Source: Macrostomum lignano (taxonomy: Eukaryota). From it: a stretch of 64,000 bases of DNA. The stretch lies in NCBI GenBank assembly GCA_002269645.1, contig NIVC01000704.1, forward strand, positions 203,692 through 267,691, in the 5' to 3' direction. A program made the translations under genes and the position numbers. Positions 1 through 12,279 of this stretch are shown here, in pieces (within the stretch, counting starts at the first letter, position 1; every line of letters starts with the position of its first letter). The notes beneath the pieces are model-generated. The model searched no databases and was not told the origin of the DNA. It worked only from the letters and a program-made list of their open reading frames with translations.

Positions 1-2853
1 GCCGCGCCGCTCACTGGGGCAATCAAGGTCGAGCAGCTTGCGCATCTCCGCTGCCAGGGACAGCCAAGGCAGACGCAACCGACTTCAATTAGCAAGCGGG
101 CTGCCCTCACAGCGGGGTTCGGCAGGGAATGACTCATAGGCAGGGGTCCAGCTGAAACTGGTCCATCAAAGTCTTGAGGGAAACGAGGCAATACCAGATA
201 TCTGCCTGCCTGTGCTGGACAGTGTTGCCTCACTTGAACAAACTACAGGTAAGTGACGAGAGGGAATTTGAAGTCAGTCATGCCAATCTTAGGTTAAAAG
301 CCTCCCTCCCCCTAAATGCACCACAAACTAGCCCCAGGAGATGTCTTAGTATCTGTCTTAGTGTCTGCCTTAGTGTCTGTCTTAGTATCTGTCTTAGTAT
401 CTGTCTTAGTGTCTGTCTTAGTATCTGTCTTAGTATCTGTCTTAGTGTCTGCCTTAGTGTCTGTCTTAGTGTCTGCCTTAGTATCTGTCTTAGTGTCTAT
501 CTTAGTATCTGTCTTAGTATCTGTCTTAGTGTCTGTCTTAGTATCTGTCTTAGTATCTGTCTTAGTGTCTGTCTTAGTATCTGTCTTAGTATCTGTCTTA
601 GTATCTGTCTTAGTGTCTGTCTTAGTATCTGTCTTAGTATCTGTCTTAGTGTCTGCCTTAGTGTCTGTCTTAGTGTCTGCCTTAGTGTCTGTCTTAGTAT
701 CTGTCTTAGTATCTGTCTTAGTGTCTGTCTTAGTATCTGTCTTAGTATCTGTCTTAGTATCTGTCTTAGTGTCTGTCTTAGTATCTGTCTTAGTATCTGT
801 CTTAGTGTCTGCCTTAGTGTCTGTCTTAGTGTCTGCCTTAGTATCTGTCTTAGTGTCTGTCTTAGTATCTGTCTTAGTATCTGTCTTAGTGTCTGTCTTA
901 GTATCTGTCTTAGTATCTGTCTTAGTGTCTGTCTTAGTATCTGTCTTAGTATCTGTCTTAGTGTCTGTCTTAGTATCTGTCTTAGTATCTGTCTTAGTAT
1001 CTGTCTTAGTATCTGTTTTAGTGTCTGTCTTAGTGTCTGCCTTAGTATCTGTCTTAGTGTCTGTCTTAGTATCTGTCTTAGTGTCTGTCTTAGTATCTGT
1101 CTTAGTGTCTGTCTTAGTATCTGTCTTAGTATCTGTCTTAGTGTCTGTCTTAGTATCTGTCTTAGTATCTGTCTTAGTATCTGTCTTAGTGTCTGTCTTA
1201 GTGTCTGTCTTAGTGTCTGTCTTAGTGTCTGTCTTAGTATCTGTCTTAGTATCTGTCTTAGTGTCTGTCTTAGTATCTGTCTTAGTATCTGTCTTAGTGT
1301 CTGTCTTAGTATCTGTCTTAGTATCTGTCTTAGTATCTGTTTTAGTGTCTGTCTTAGTATCTGTCATAGTGTCTGTCATAGTGTCTGTCTTAGTATCTGT
1401 CTTAGTGTCTGTCTTAGTATCTGTCTTAGTATCTGTCTTAGTGTCTGTCATAGTGTCTGTCATAGTGTCTGTCTTAGTATCTGTCTTAGTGTCTGTCATA
1501 GTATCTGTCTTAGTATCTGTTTTAGTGTCTGTCTTAGTATCTGTCATAGTGTCTGTCATAGTGTCTGTCTTAGTATCTGTCTTAGTGTCTGTCTTAGTAT
1601 CTGTCTTAGTGTCTGTCTTAGTATCTGTCTTAGTATCTGTCTTAGTATCTGTCTTAGTATCTGTCTTAGTATCTGTTTTAGTGTCTGTCTTAGTATCTGT
1701 CTTAGTATCTGTCTTAGTATCTGTTTTAGTGTCTGTCTTAGTGTCTGTCTTAGTATCTGTCTTAGTGTCTGTCTTAGTATCTGTCTTAGTATCTGTCTTA
1801 GTATCTGTTTTAGTGTCTGTCTTAGTATCTGTCTTAGTATCTGTCTTAGTATCTGTTTTAGTGCCTGTCTTAGTGTCTGTCTTAGTATCTGTCTTAGTAT
1901 CTGTTTTAGTATCTGTCTTAGTGTCTGTCTTAGTGTCTGTCTTAGTATCTGTCTTAGTATCTGTCTTAGTATCTGTTTTAGTGTCTGTCTTAGTGTCTGT
2001 CTTAGTATCTGTCTTAGTGCCTGTCTTAGTATCTGTCTTAGTGCCTGTCTTAGTATCTGTTTTAGTGTCTGTCTTAGTATCTGTCTTAGTATCTGTCTTA
2101 GTATCTGTTTTAGTGCCTGTCTTAGTGTCTGTCTTAGTATCTGTCTTAGTATCTGTTTTAGTATCTGTCTTAGTGTCTGTCTTAGTATCTGTCTTAGTAT
2201 CTGTCTTAGTATCTGTTTTAGTGTCTGTCTTAGTGTCTGTCTTAGTATCTGTCTTAGTGCCTGTCTTAGTATCTGTCTTAGTGCCTGTCTTAGTATCTGT
2301 ATTAGTATCTGTCTTAGTATCTGTCTTAGTATCTGTTTTAGTATCTGTCTTAGTGTCTGTCTTAGTATCTGTCTTAGTATCTGTCTTAGTGTCTGTCTTA
2401 GTGTCTGTCTTAGTATCTGTCTTAGTATCTGTTTTAGTGTCTGTCTTAGTATCTGTCTTAGTGTCTGTCTTAGTATCTGTCTTGGTGTCTGTCATAGTAC
2501 AATATCTGTCTTAGTGTCTGTCATAGTACAATATCTGTCTTAGTGTCTTAATGTGTCTGTTAACTCTAAAACATAGTTGGAAAGCAAAATAAATCTCTAC
2601 AAACTGTTTTCCGAAACTAAAATGCACAAGATGCTACTATCAAGTAATGTAATAACAGTAAATGCTTTTTGTGTCACAGAAATTTACGTTGTGAATAAAA
2701 GCTACAAAATTTTTTCAAATAATCCTAAATGAAGATTATACAATAAATAAAAACAATATAAGTAAATCAATTAAAGACTCACCCATCAGCAGCAGCCATT
2801 GCATCTGCATCATCACTGGGCAACTTTGAGTTGGCAAGAAATGGCGTGGCCAT
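1..2853 (-). CDS. Unidentified spliced gene, N-terminal part, running off the left edge. Proposed exons 2853-2783, 151-111 and 50-<1: MATPFLANSKLPSDDADAMAAADG-WTPAYESFPAEPRS-EMRKLLDLDCPSERRG...
   Basis: ATG at 2853 lies in a GC-richer block bounded by an upstream acceptor (ttttctccag, ~2970) and a donor (gg|gtgagt, 2782). An acceptor tttcag| (153/152), a donor |gtgagg (110) and a 60-nt intron with gctaat and ccctggcag| give phase-consistent exons. No family motif recognised. Confidence 0.4.
342..2548. repeat. 12-bp minisatellite (TGTCTTAGTRTC)n, about 184 copies, in the proposed first intron of the left-edge gene
   Basis: Direct reading of the period. It explains the spurious ORFs 174..2543, 312..2495 and 316..2514 (CLSI, DTKT, VLVS repeats). 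Confidence 0.97.
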
Positions 2854-3504
2854 TGAGGGCCCTCTGAGTCTTAAAGAGGCTCTTAACTAATGATGGCAGC
2901 TCAATGGTCCCCCATACAGTCGATATTGCAGACTGGTAGATTCAACATCAAAGGTTAGATTAGATGCAGCTGGAGAAAAATCCAAACAATGAATTAAATG
3001 AATGCATTAATGATTCATTCCAGTCTACTGTTAGTATACACTTTGAATATTAATTCCAAGCAATAGAATAAAACACAGAGCCCAAATGGCATAAATCATT
3101 GAATCAAGAATAAAAACAATTGTATGTGTTGCAGCTCTAATACCCAATTTAATTTCTGACCATATGGAGCTAGATAAAGGTGTTTTCTACATAAACATGA
3201 CACTAAATATAAATTTTAAAAAGGCTTTCTAATATCATATGCCAATAGAATAGTAGAGAGCAAAGGCCATGTATCTTCCCACTTTTTAATGGGGGAGGCC
3301 ATGTTCTAGCTTTCAATAGGAAAATATAATTTAATGTATAATGTATACAATAGAAACTACAAGTTTCGATATAACATACTTTTTTGGTTCGGTATGAATT
3401 TTCTAATCCTTTCATCATTCATTTCATGGTTATGATTGGGATTGTGACAAATTAGAAGTATTTCTCATAAAACAACTTCTATTTTATACTGCTACAAGGG
3501 CCAG

Positions 3505-3710
3505 ACATTAAAGAAGCCATGTCAAACACAAAAGAATTGTCATGTAAACCATAATAGCTAAGTGTCATGTCAAAAAGAAGCATCATATATATCAAACATC
3601 ATATAAGCATCATATCAAACATAATAGAAGCATTATATAAAAAACAATAGAAGCATCAATGTCAAACAATATAAGCATCATGTCAAATATAATAGGAGCA
3701 TCAATGTGAA
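3505..3710. repeat. Degenerate short tandem repeat (approx. TAGAAGCATCATGTCAAACA units)
   Basis: Recurring aagcatca / tgtcaaa / atagaagc motifs. Confidence 0.55.
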
Positions 3711-6700
3711 ATAGAATGTCCTATTAAATATGGATGATTCATTCAAGAATTGTTAAGATGTCAAAGCTTGGGGAAATGAAGTGTTGTGGCTTAAGGAAAA
3801 TGACTAAGACATCAAGGTGTATGGGGGAATTGCTAAGATGTCAAGGCCAATGAAAGGAATCAATAAATATAAAGGTATACTATCATTTGTTTTGCCTTTT
3901 CACTAGGGGACACTAATTGTTAGTCAATACTAAGTAGATATATTGTATTCATCATTTTGATTGAAACTTCACATAGCATTATTGATAGATTTTATTTTTA
4001 CCTAACTAAAGCAATAAAAGTTTAGCATATATGCTTTATATAGTCATAAGATAAAATAATTTAATGAATTAAGATTTTCTAAATAAAAAATGCCTTTTTA
4101 ATAAAATGAATAATGCTTTTAGTAAGTAAAGAAACAATGTTCTAAAGAATTTTTGCTATTTTTATTAGATTATATTTTCTTCAGGCTTAAAAACTAGGAT
4201 ATTAAAATGAAAAGCAAACTAGGGTAGGCCTATAAAAATGCTAGGTACCAAAGAGCAGACACCAAAAAACAAGGAAACCATTTTGTATAACCTCAAGCCA
4301 AAGTATACTTCTTTGAGAAAACTGCTTCTTAATTAAAATAATTTGGAACCTGCCATTATTATATTTTGGAGGCCTAGTCTACTACTAGTAATTTTTCAAT
4401 TTTTCAAATAACTAATAGAAACTAACTAACTATGATTAAAAGTTTCCTCATGGTCCTATATGATCACAAGCACTTCTTGTCCTCACTGTGGCTTGAAATA
4501 TTATATCTGTGATAGATGTGATAAAAACAAATCCTAAAAATTGCTTGTCATGACTTGTCACATTAAAATTGTCTAGGGGTTCTAGTCTTCTGTTTCTGTA
4601 CTGTTACATTTATATGTACAATATACTTATATATCTGAATATATGTAGAGTATAATAATGTGTGGTAGCTCTGATACATGTTTAATATAAATACATGTGC
4701 CTTCCAATGGTAAAAGCACATTTTGATGGACTGTGTACCAACTTCCAGATGGGGCAGATACAAACCCATCACTGCTCCCCTATAAGCTTCTTATATATAT
4801 TGATGATGAGTCAACTATCAAATCAGTACCACATGGAAACTCGCATAGAAGCACTGCCTATGTCTGAATGTGTCTAAGTTTACACAAAATGGAGGAGGCT
4901 ATTTGCACTAATTTGCAAAATGCAAATATAAGCCATGTATACAAGGCTAGACTATCTGCTAAACTGGATGAGCCTAGGTATCAGCGTGTGCTAAACCCTA
5001 GGAACTAGAAGCAAGTGTACAATGTCTAATCAAAAGTATTAAAATCTGTCTGATTAAGTAATGATGCAATTTGTAATTTGTATAAATTGGCTCTTGACTC
5101 GCATAGCATTCCCTCAATGACACTAATTCTAAATATCTGTCACTGTTGTAGCCCCAGAGATGCTTTTAAGTCTAAATAAGATCCTAGACTCTCAGGGTCT
5201 TCAAAAGCACAATTAGCTGGCATACAATACCACCTTCAAACTTGGCATTTTTTTGTTTCAATGCAAACATTTTGTCATCTACTACTAGAGTTGTCTGATA
5301 GTGTTGCTCCTGTCATACCTGCCACTTTTCTAATCTATAACAACTTTTCTAATCTAAAAGAGTGTCCTACAGTTTTTTCCAGGTACCTTTGAAGCATGTA
5401 CCATCTATAGCCAATTGCAATGGCATCTTTACCATAGATTCTAAAAGAGCCATTGTCAATACAATTGCTAAATCTGGGTCACAGAAGCAGCATCTGCTCT
5501 GCCAAACCCATGCTCTAAAAGACATTAAATTTAGGCTTAAAAGCAACAATTTGGAAGCCTTGGAAGCCTCAATCATTGATATGCTATTGCAAATATGGAG
5601 ACTCTCCTATGTTAAAGAGTATAATACAAAGCTATTTGCTAAGTCTGAGAAATAGGAAAAAAATTTCAAAGACTATTATCTAAAGAATTGGCAAGCTCTT
5701 GTTGTGAACAAGATCATTAGATAATTATCAAAAAGTTTAGACTTTATAACTCCTTCTCTGGATTGACAATCAATTAGGCCAAGAGTTTTAACACAGTTCT
5801 CAAGCATGTAGTCTTAGTGAGAACTCCCAATTGATAGCATAGAACTTGTTTTGTATTATTTATAATGTTTCTATTTACAGGAAATCAAATGCACTTTTGC
5901 TGGCTTGGGAAAGTATTCATTATCATTATACTCTGAGTTTCACCAGTTGCTTTGCGAGTACCCAGTTAGGCTTGCATATCTACTTATCTAACTAGAAAAT
6001 ATGGCAGGCAATCAAGGAATAAAGGAATGTAAACAATGGTCTACTTTATTCTAAAAGGCAACAATTCCAACAAATTCCAACAATTTGTTGTACCTGTCCT
6101 ATATCTAGCAACTATATTTTGGCTGCATGCAAAGGCTATTTTGGCATGGATTGTAGAACAAAATGGAAGCCAAGTATCATTATTGCATTGCAAAATTACA
6201 CTTTGCTAAAAGGGCAGTAAAATAGCTAAGTGAAAAAAGTCATACAGAGTTTATTTGGATAATACTAGTTTGGAAGAAGATTTTCTATCTTGTAAAGAAA
6301 TCTAGGTGTTGCTTGGTCTTTAATAAGGAAAGAGGTAGAGAGCCAGAGCTTATATTTCAATATTTTTTAGATGTATTAGATATTTAGTTACATTAGAAAT
6401 ATTATTTTCTAGAAATGTTCAATTTTGCTCTACTAAATATACATTTCTATTATTTAGAAAAAATAAATTGTTGTTCTATAGGCCTAACATTTTCTATTTG
6501 TGAACTTTATTTTTTATTAATTAAATATAACACTTATAACACTATACCTTTTCAATTCTAGTTCTATAGAACAAACTAGTTATTAACAAATTATTGGTTT
6601 TGGTATACAATAAATGAAAAGTTTATACAGTTTGATTTGTTATAATTTTAGATGACTCACTGCTTTATTTTTTATTTACTTTCCACCTTTAAGAATAACT

Positions 6701-7722
6701 TAATTGAAGCTAAATTAGATAATCCTATTGCAATAGAATTGTAAACAAATTGCTATATCAGTTCAATATATATATAGCTTTTTTAAAATACCAAAATTAC
6801 AATTTTGTACAATTAGAATTGTAAAAATTACAATTAATTGAGCAAAAATTGGCACAATTTTAATTTATTGCCTTCCAATTCCTTGTAAGAATTACATTAA
6901 TTTTTATGCAATTTTATATCCAATTTTTTGCAATTTTAACAATTTTTGTCAACTAGTACTACTACTAGTGTTCTGCAATTTAGATTAACATTCCACTGCA
7001 TTTGCTTTTGCATCCGCTTCCACATTTTAGTGCATGCCATTTATAACATTAACATTAATATTAAATACCATGGCTTTTTAGAGTAAGCATTGATTATGAT
7101 AAAAAAATAGGCCTAAGCAAGGCAAAAGTATGAGCTAGATGGGCATGGGCATAGTCTATTTTAGGTCTTGGTCTCTCTCTACTCTCTACTGATTTTACTT
7201 TAGTTTAAAAAGCATGTAGATTTTCTAATTTTTATTGCATTTATAATATTTTATTTACATACACATTTCAACATTGCACATTTTTAAGGTAAAAATCAAA
7301 TTGTACAATGGACAAATCCAAAATTATAAATTTAAATGCAAATACATAATCACTCAAAAAGTAGTAGTCGTACTAAGTTTGGCTCAGGCAAAAAGCCTGT
7401 TTGGCCAGTATAATTCAATTTATGTATTTAATAATAATTCAAGAGGAGGCTATTAGTATAAGTACAATGTATTTGTAAAAAAATTCAGTACTTTAAGAAA
7501 AGAATGAATTTTAATAGTACTTAAAAATATTTTTTTGGAACTAAAAAAACACTGACCGTGCGAATAAAAAAACGAACTTTTAACCTTTTGACAACCAAGT
7601 TAATCCCTAGAATACAAATTCAAGGAATTTTTGTTTTATTCGTAAATTTTCCAAGAAACCACTATCCAAGGCACATGTGCATATACAAGCGTTACACGTT
7701 CTCCAAAAAATTCATGTTTGTC

Positions 7723-8194
7723 CATAGGCGTGGAACGTTTCAGAAACTGGGGGCAGGTTCAGTGACGGATTTAGGGGAGGGGGCGCACAGGGCGCACACG
7801 CTCCCGTTAATTATATTTATATGGAAAATATTTTTAATATTTTTTATAACTTCCATTTTTATATGAAAAATGTACCGATTTTTTTCAGCATCCATCTTGT
7901 CAGCACTCATTTTATAAAGTGCTGCGGGCACTCATTTTGGCGCCGCAGGCACTCATTTTAGCGCTGCAGGCACTCATTTTAGCGCCGAAAGCACTCATTT
8001 TGGTGCTGCAGGCGCTATATGTTTTGTCGCCCTGAAGCAAAATGCATTCATGCAAAGCAGCAAAAACCAAAAATAAGCAAGAAGTCTACATTTTACATTT
8101 AAAATGTGAAGGGGTCAGATACCATTACTGCCCCCCCCCATTTTAAAAAGTGGGGGGGGGCATGGCCCCACTGCCCCCCGTTCCTACGCCTATG
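7723..8194. mobile_element. hAT-type MITE (472 bp)
   Basis: TIRs CATAGGCGTGGAACG and CGTTCCTACGCCTATG. 8-bp TSD tgtttgtc (7715-7722) / tgtctgtc (8195-8202), one mismatch. Internal 21-bp repeat gcactcattttRgcgcYgcag x4-5 at ~7903-8012. Confidence 0.85.
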
Positions 8195-9034
8195 TGTCTG
8201 TCAACCATAAAAGAAGTGTCATGTCAGAATTAACTTAGCTGTCTTTATAGCTGGCAAGTAAGCGTTAATTTTTAGCCGGCACGCCTGGCAGGGGCGAATA
8301 TTTTTGCTAAAAATTAGTGTGTTTAGACAATTTTAAGACATTTTTTCTAATTTCATGAAATTCGTATTTTCTGAGTTTGTGTTTCAACAAATTCAGAGCG
8401 CCATCAGTCAACATCTAATAAATAGAATTGTTAACTATCCCTCACATTCCCCAAAAACATCGAAGGCGGAAAATTTTAAGCTCAAGATTAATAAATCTTT
8501 CGGTTAAAGTACAGCCTCTAAGTGTGAAATGGATCACTATTATTTCAGACGTGTACTTTCCACTTTAAAATGGCTCACAGTTACATCAGCCATAAAAAAA
8601 CAAAACCCAGAATGCAGTAGGTGTTCTATGACTGTGTAATGCTTAGCATGAGGCAATGTAATGCGGTAAAACATTGTCAGAAGGCTACAGAGGAAGTACA
8701 GCAGTTTCTTTAACAAAACGATGACATTACAAGCGCTCGAACTACCAAAACCAGCAGCAGCCCTGATGCAGTTCAGCTGCAATGCTATTAAAAAAAGTAA
8801 CGAAATCAATCCAATTAAAAACATTACCGAAATCCATTCCCACTGCATGCTGAGGAATACGAAAATTAAATACCGACAGATCCAACTGGATCGTAAAGAA
8901 AAGCGTCATACTTGTTAGGGAATTTTTACTAACAAGCAATTTTTAGTTATTCTAAAAAGTTTTAAAAGAAATACAAAAACTCACTATGCAATCAAACAAG
9001 AACGATTTGTTTGAAAATCTATATAATTCTTAGG

Positions 9035-9180
9035 CCTCTCTATCCGACCCTCGGGTCCATTGAAACTTTACAATAATAGCAATCCGGCCCGCTCAATGTT
9101 TGTGTCTTTTCTGACTGCTCTCTAATGTCCTCTCTTCTCTTCTCTCCTCATTTGTCTTGTCTCCTCTTCTCATGATTCTC
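9035..9180. mobile_element. Internal fragment of the same hAT-like family as 14609-14948
   Basis: Shares cctctc..atcc..ccctc(g/a)ggtccattgaaactt..caatagca..atc(c/t)gg and a following CT-rich tract with 14660-14830. Confidence 0.5.
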
Positions 9181-9422
9181 ATAATACAACGCATAACTGC
9201 TTGGCTTAAGAAGCCACGTGCTCGCAATGTGGAACACTGTAAAATTCAGTCTTCATAAACTACGCGTTTCTACAGAAAGTTGGTGAAATGACATTCTTTA
9301 AAAAACTTTTCGAGCTTTAGCAAAATAAAGCCACTGATTTCTTCACCTACATGTACTACTGAAAGTAGAGCGGAAGGAAAATAAAGAGGAAATAAGCAGA
9401 TTTGGCTGAGATTTCCTCAGTG

Positions 9423-12279
9423 TCACTTCCGCCGGCCGTGGATCAGCTGCAGCAGGGTGCGGCAGACCAGCCGCAGCTCCGGGCTGTCGAGCTGCTCCAC
9501 GCTGGCGTCGATGCTGGCGAATTCGGCCGCTTCGAATTCTGCGTAGGCGGCGTCCAGCCGGAGGCGCCGGTAGATGTCGCCAACTGCAGCCACCCGGTCC
9601 GGCTCGGACTGTCCGTAGCAGTCCTGGAAGCGGGCCAGCAGCGAGGAGGCCTCGCTAGGCGATGGCGAATTGTCACCGCCGCTGGCGTCGCCGTCGGGCT
9701 TGGCGGAGGCGGCGGCGCGCAGGCGGTCCAACGCGGTGAGCGCCAGCCAGGAGCACTTGGCTTCCTGGATGTCGGTGCCGATCTTACCAGTCTCGGCCGG
9801 ATCGCCATAGAAGTCCAAGTAGTCGTCCTGGGCCTTCGGGGCGGTGTTTGGTTTGGATTTCGCATATTGAAGCAGCCAATACTGTATATAGGATCCAGAA
9901 TCTCAACCTAATACTGCTAACTCGCTCATCAAGTTCAAGAGGCGGGCACGACTTTGGCAATGGCACGGGGGGGGGGAGGGGGGTAGATGGGCACATACAA
10001 CTTGCTCGTGCTTTTGTGCCTCGGCCCACGTCTGATACGGGCCCTTGAAAATATGGGCCTCGTAGCGAGCACCACGCTGCTTGTCGTCGGCAAGACCGGG
10101 CGAAGAGCGGACTCGATGATCGACTGCTGATCGATGGTCTTGTGGTGGTGTAGTGCATGCGCCCTTGTCGGTTGGCAGGGCGCGTTGCACTTTGGGGCTG
10201 GCTCCGGGTTGGCGGGCGTGGCAGGGTCTGGCCGGCGACCGGGCTTTGCGCGTGCTCCTCCCCAGCCGTGCCCCTGCCCCGTGCTCAGGGCTGATTGGCT
10301 GCGGCCGGGCCAGCTTTGGCGCGGGTGCGCCCCCCCCCCAGGCGGGGTTTTGATTGGCTGGCCGGCGCGGCCAGTTTATTTTTGTTGGGGTAGCTTGTTT
10401 TGGTGGGCTTAGCCGGTGGGGCCATCGGCCCCAGGGTTTGGTTATTATTTAATGCGGCTCTGGGTCTTGCTCCTGCCCTTCGTCCCGGTTTGTGCTGTTT
10501 GTGTTTTTCTGTTTTGGTGTGCTCAGAGAGTACAAGTGCAGGACTCGACGTATAAACAGCAATACTAGTTATTGAATACAGCGAGAAAAGAACACAAGAG
10601 CCTTAAGAAGAGCTTTGGAGAATTCAGAACCTGTACTGACCAACGAGCAAACCAATAGACGTGAGAACGGCGATTTGGCCACTGTACAACGAGCGAATCA
10701 ATAAACGTAACGGCGATTTGGCCACTGGTAAGCCGCTTGCTGCTTGAGTTTGTTCTTTTCTGGGAGCTTGTTAGGCTGAGTTATTGCCAGAGCGTCGTAA
10801 CGCCGGGAGATCATATAGCTTTTTGTAGTACTGTACTTTCTCTACTCTATTATAGTGTGTACAACCTACAGTATCGAGACTAGAAGCACTCGGGTGTCAC
10901 CACACTCGAGCCGCAGCGTGAACTCTGAGTGTCACAACACCAGAGGGATCGAATTATTATCGCAGAGCGTCGTCACGCCTGCTCGTATCCATAAAAGTAC
11001 AGACAGAGCGTCACTACGCCTGTTATATCACGTATAATATATATTGTAATATATATTAATATATACTCGGGACTGGGCACCCAAACCGACCAGGGTTACA
11101 ACAGTGGCTTTATTGGCAAACTGTACCACCGAGGTTTTTGGATTTAGTGTTTAGTGCCACTGAAACCTCTGAAGGCCAGTTTTATAACTGAATTGCAAAT
11201 TTTGCTAGGAAAATAATTTCCCGTCGAGAGCCTATTCAGCTGCATTTGCGTACTTAACTTGCAGCGCTGGTGGCGAACGCCCCTTCTGGCCCTACACCAA
11301 ACAATCAACTAAGAGTTACAGAAAATGAATGATTTCACATCTGAAATTTCTACCTGAAAGTACTCCCCGATGCGCAGCAGCAACGGCTTGGCAACGTCAA
11401 CCAGTTCTGGCCGATTGCGCAACAGCAGCGCCGCCGCCACGGGCAGGTGAAAGGAATAGTGAGCGGTCTTGCGGCAGACCATCTCTCTATAAGCTGACCA
11501 GGTGAGGCCAGACACGCCGAGGCTCATGTCCAAGGCCTGGCCAATGCAGGTGGTCAGGGTCACTGAGTGGAAGAGGTCCATCAGCTGACTGTACTGCGGA
11601 TGCTCGCTGTACGCCGAGGACAGGAGAGCGTACAGTGCCTGCAAGAGGATTCGGGATGCGCGATGGCTTTGAGATCTTGCAGTGCGCTAATATGTAGCTA
11701 GATAATGCATTATACGAGCATTCATGCTACTGATTTAGAGGCTTGGATATGGGCCTTGTCTAAACTGAGGATCTGGGAGGGTAGCGGTGGCCCAGCAACT
11801 GAGGATCTGAGAGGCTGGCGGTGGCCTAGTAACTGAGGATTTGGGAGGGTCAGAAGGTCCAGAAGGCCCACCTGGTCAAGAAAGATGCCATCGTTGACTG
11901 CCATGAGCCCCACGCCGTCATTGCGGAACCAGCAGGGCCGGCCGCGCCGAGTCTGGCTGCCATCCATGATGTCGTCGTGCACCAGGAAGGAGGCCTGCAG
12001 CAGCTCCACGGCCCAGGCAGCTGGACAGGCGGTCTCAACATCAGCGATGGCGCGGTCCTTGGCAAAGGCAGCCCAGGCGAGCAGCACGGTGACACCGCGT
12101 GTTTTCTTGCCATGCGGCACATTGTAGTCCAGCACCCGGGACAGGTGGCCAAGCACTGGGCTGGCTCCTGTGGGGTCAACTCGTGTCAGTACAGCAGACT
12201 TGGCGCTGTCAAAACTGGCATCCAGAGTAGCCAGCAGCTGCTGCCAGCTGGGCATGGGGCTGTGGCCATTCATCATCAT
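9423..12279 (-). CDS. FDPS: Farnesyl diphosphate synthase, 367 aa. Exons 12279-11872, 11638-11354, 9833-9423.
   Basis: [16 protein letters not shown]...[33 protein letters not shown]|[21 protein letters not shown]. All junctions are GT-AG, phase 0, and sum to 1104 nt. Confidence 0.95.
9845..11101. mobile_element. Probable retroelement-derived insertion(s) in FDPS intron 2 (LTR-like 3' part, GC-rich CCAAT-containing 5' part)
   Basis: Ends in gggttacaaca (typical LTR terminus). TATA-like gtataaac at ~10550, internal duplications (aacggcgatttggccactg x2, cagagcgtc x3), aataaa. No clean TSD found. Confidence 0.45.
11764..11849. repeat. 34-bp unit x2.5 in FDPS intron 1
   Basis: actgaggat(c/t)tg recurs at 11764, 11798 and 11832. 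Confidence 0.85.

Noticed and set aside
174-2543. Three ~730-790-aa ORFs (CLSI, DTKT, VLVS repeats)
   Set aside because: They arise from a stop-free 12-bp array open in several frames on both strands; no unique protein context.
5362-5655. Plus-strand exon candidate after ttttttccag (VPLKHVPS...) and a similar one at ~5880
   Set aside because: No recognisable domain and no consistent partner exons; could be chance or decayed TE sequence.
9903-10190. Weak similarity of [11 protein letters not shown] to the RNase H1 N-terminal (caulimovirus VI-like) motif
   Set aside because: Too short, and the flanking conserved residues are absent.
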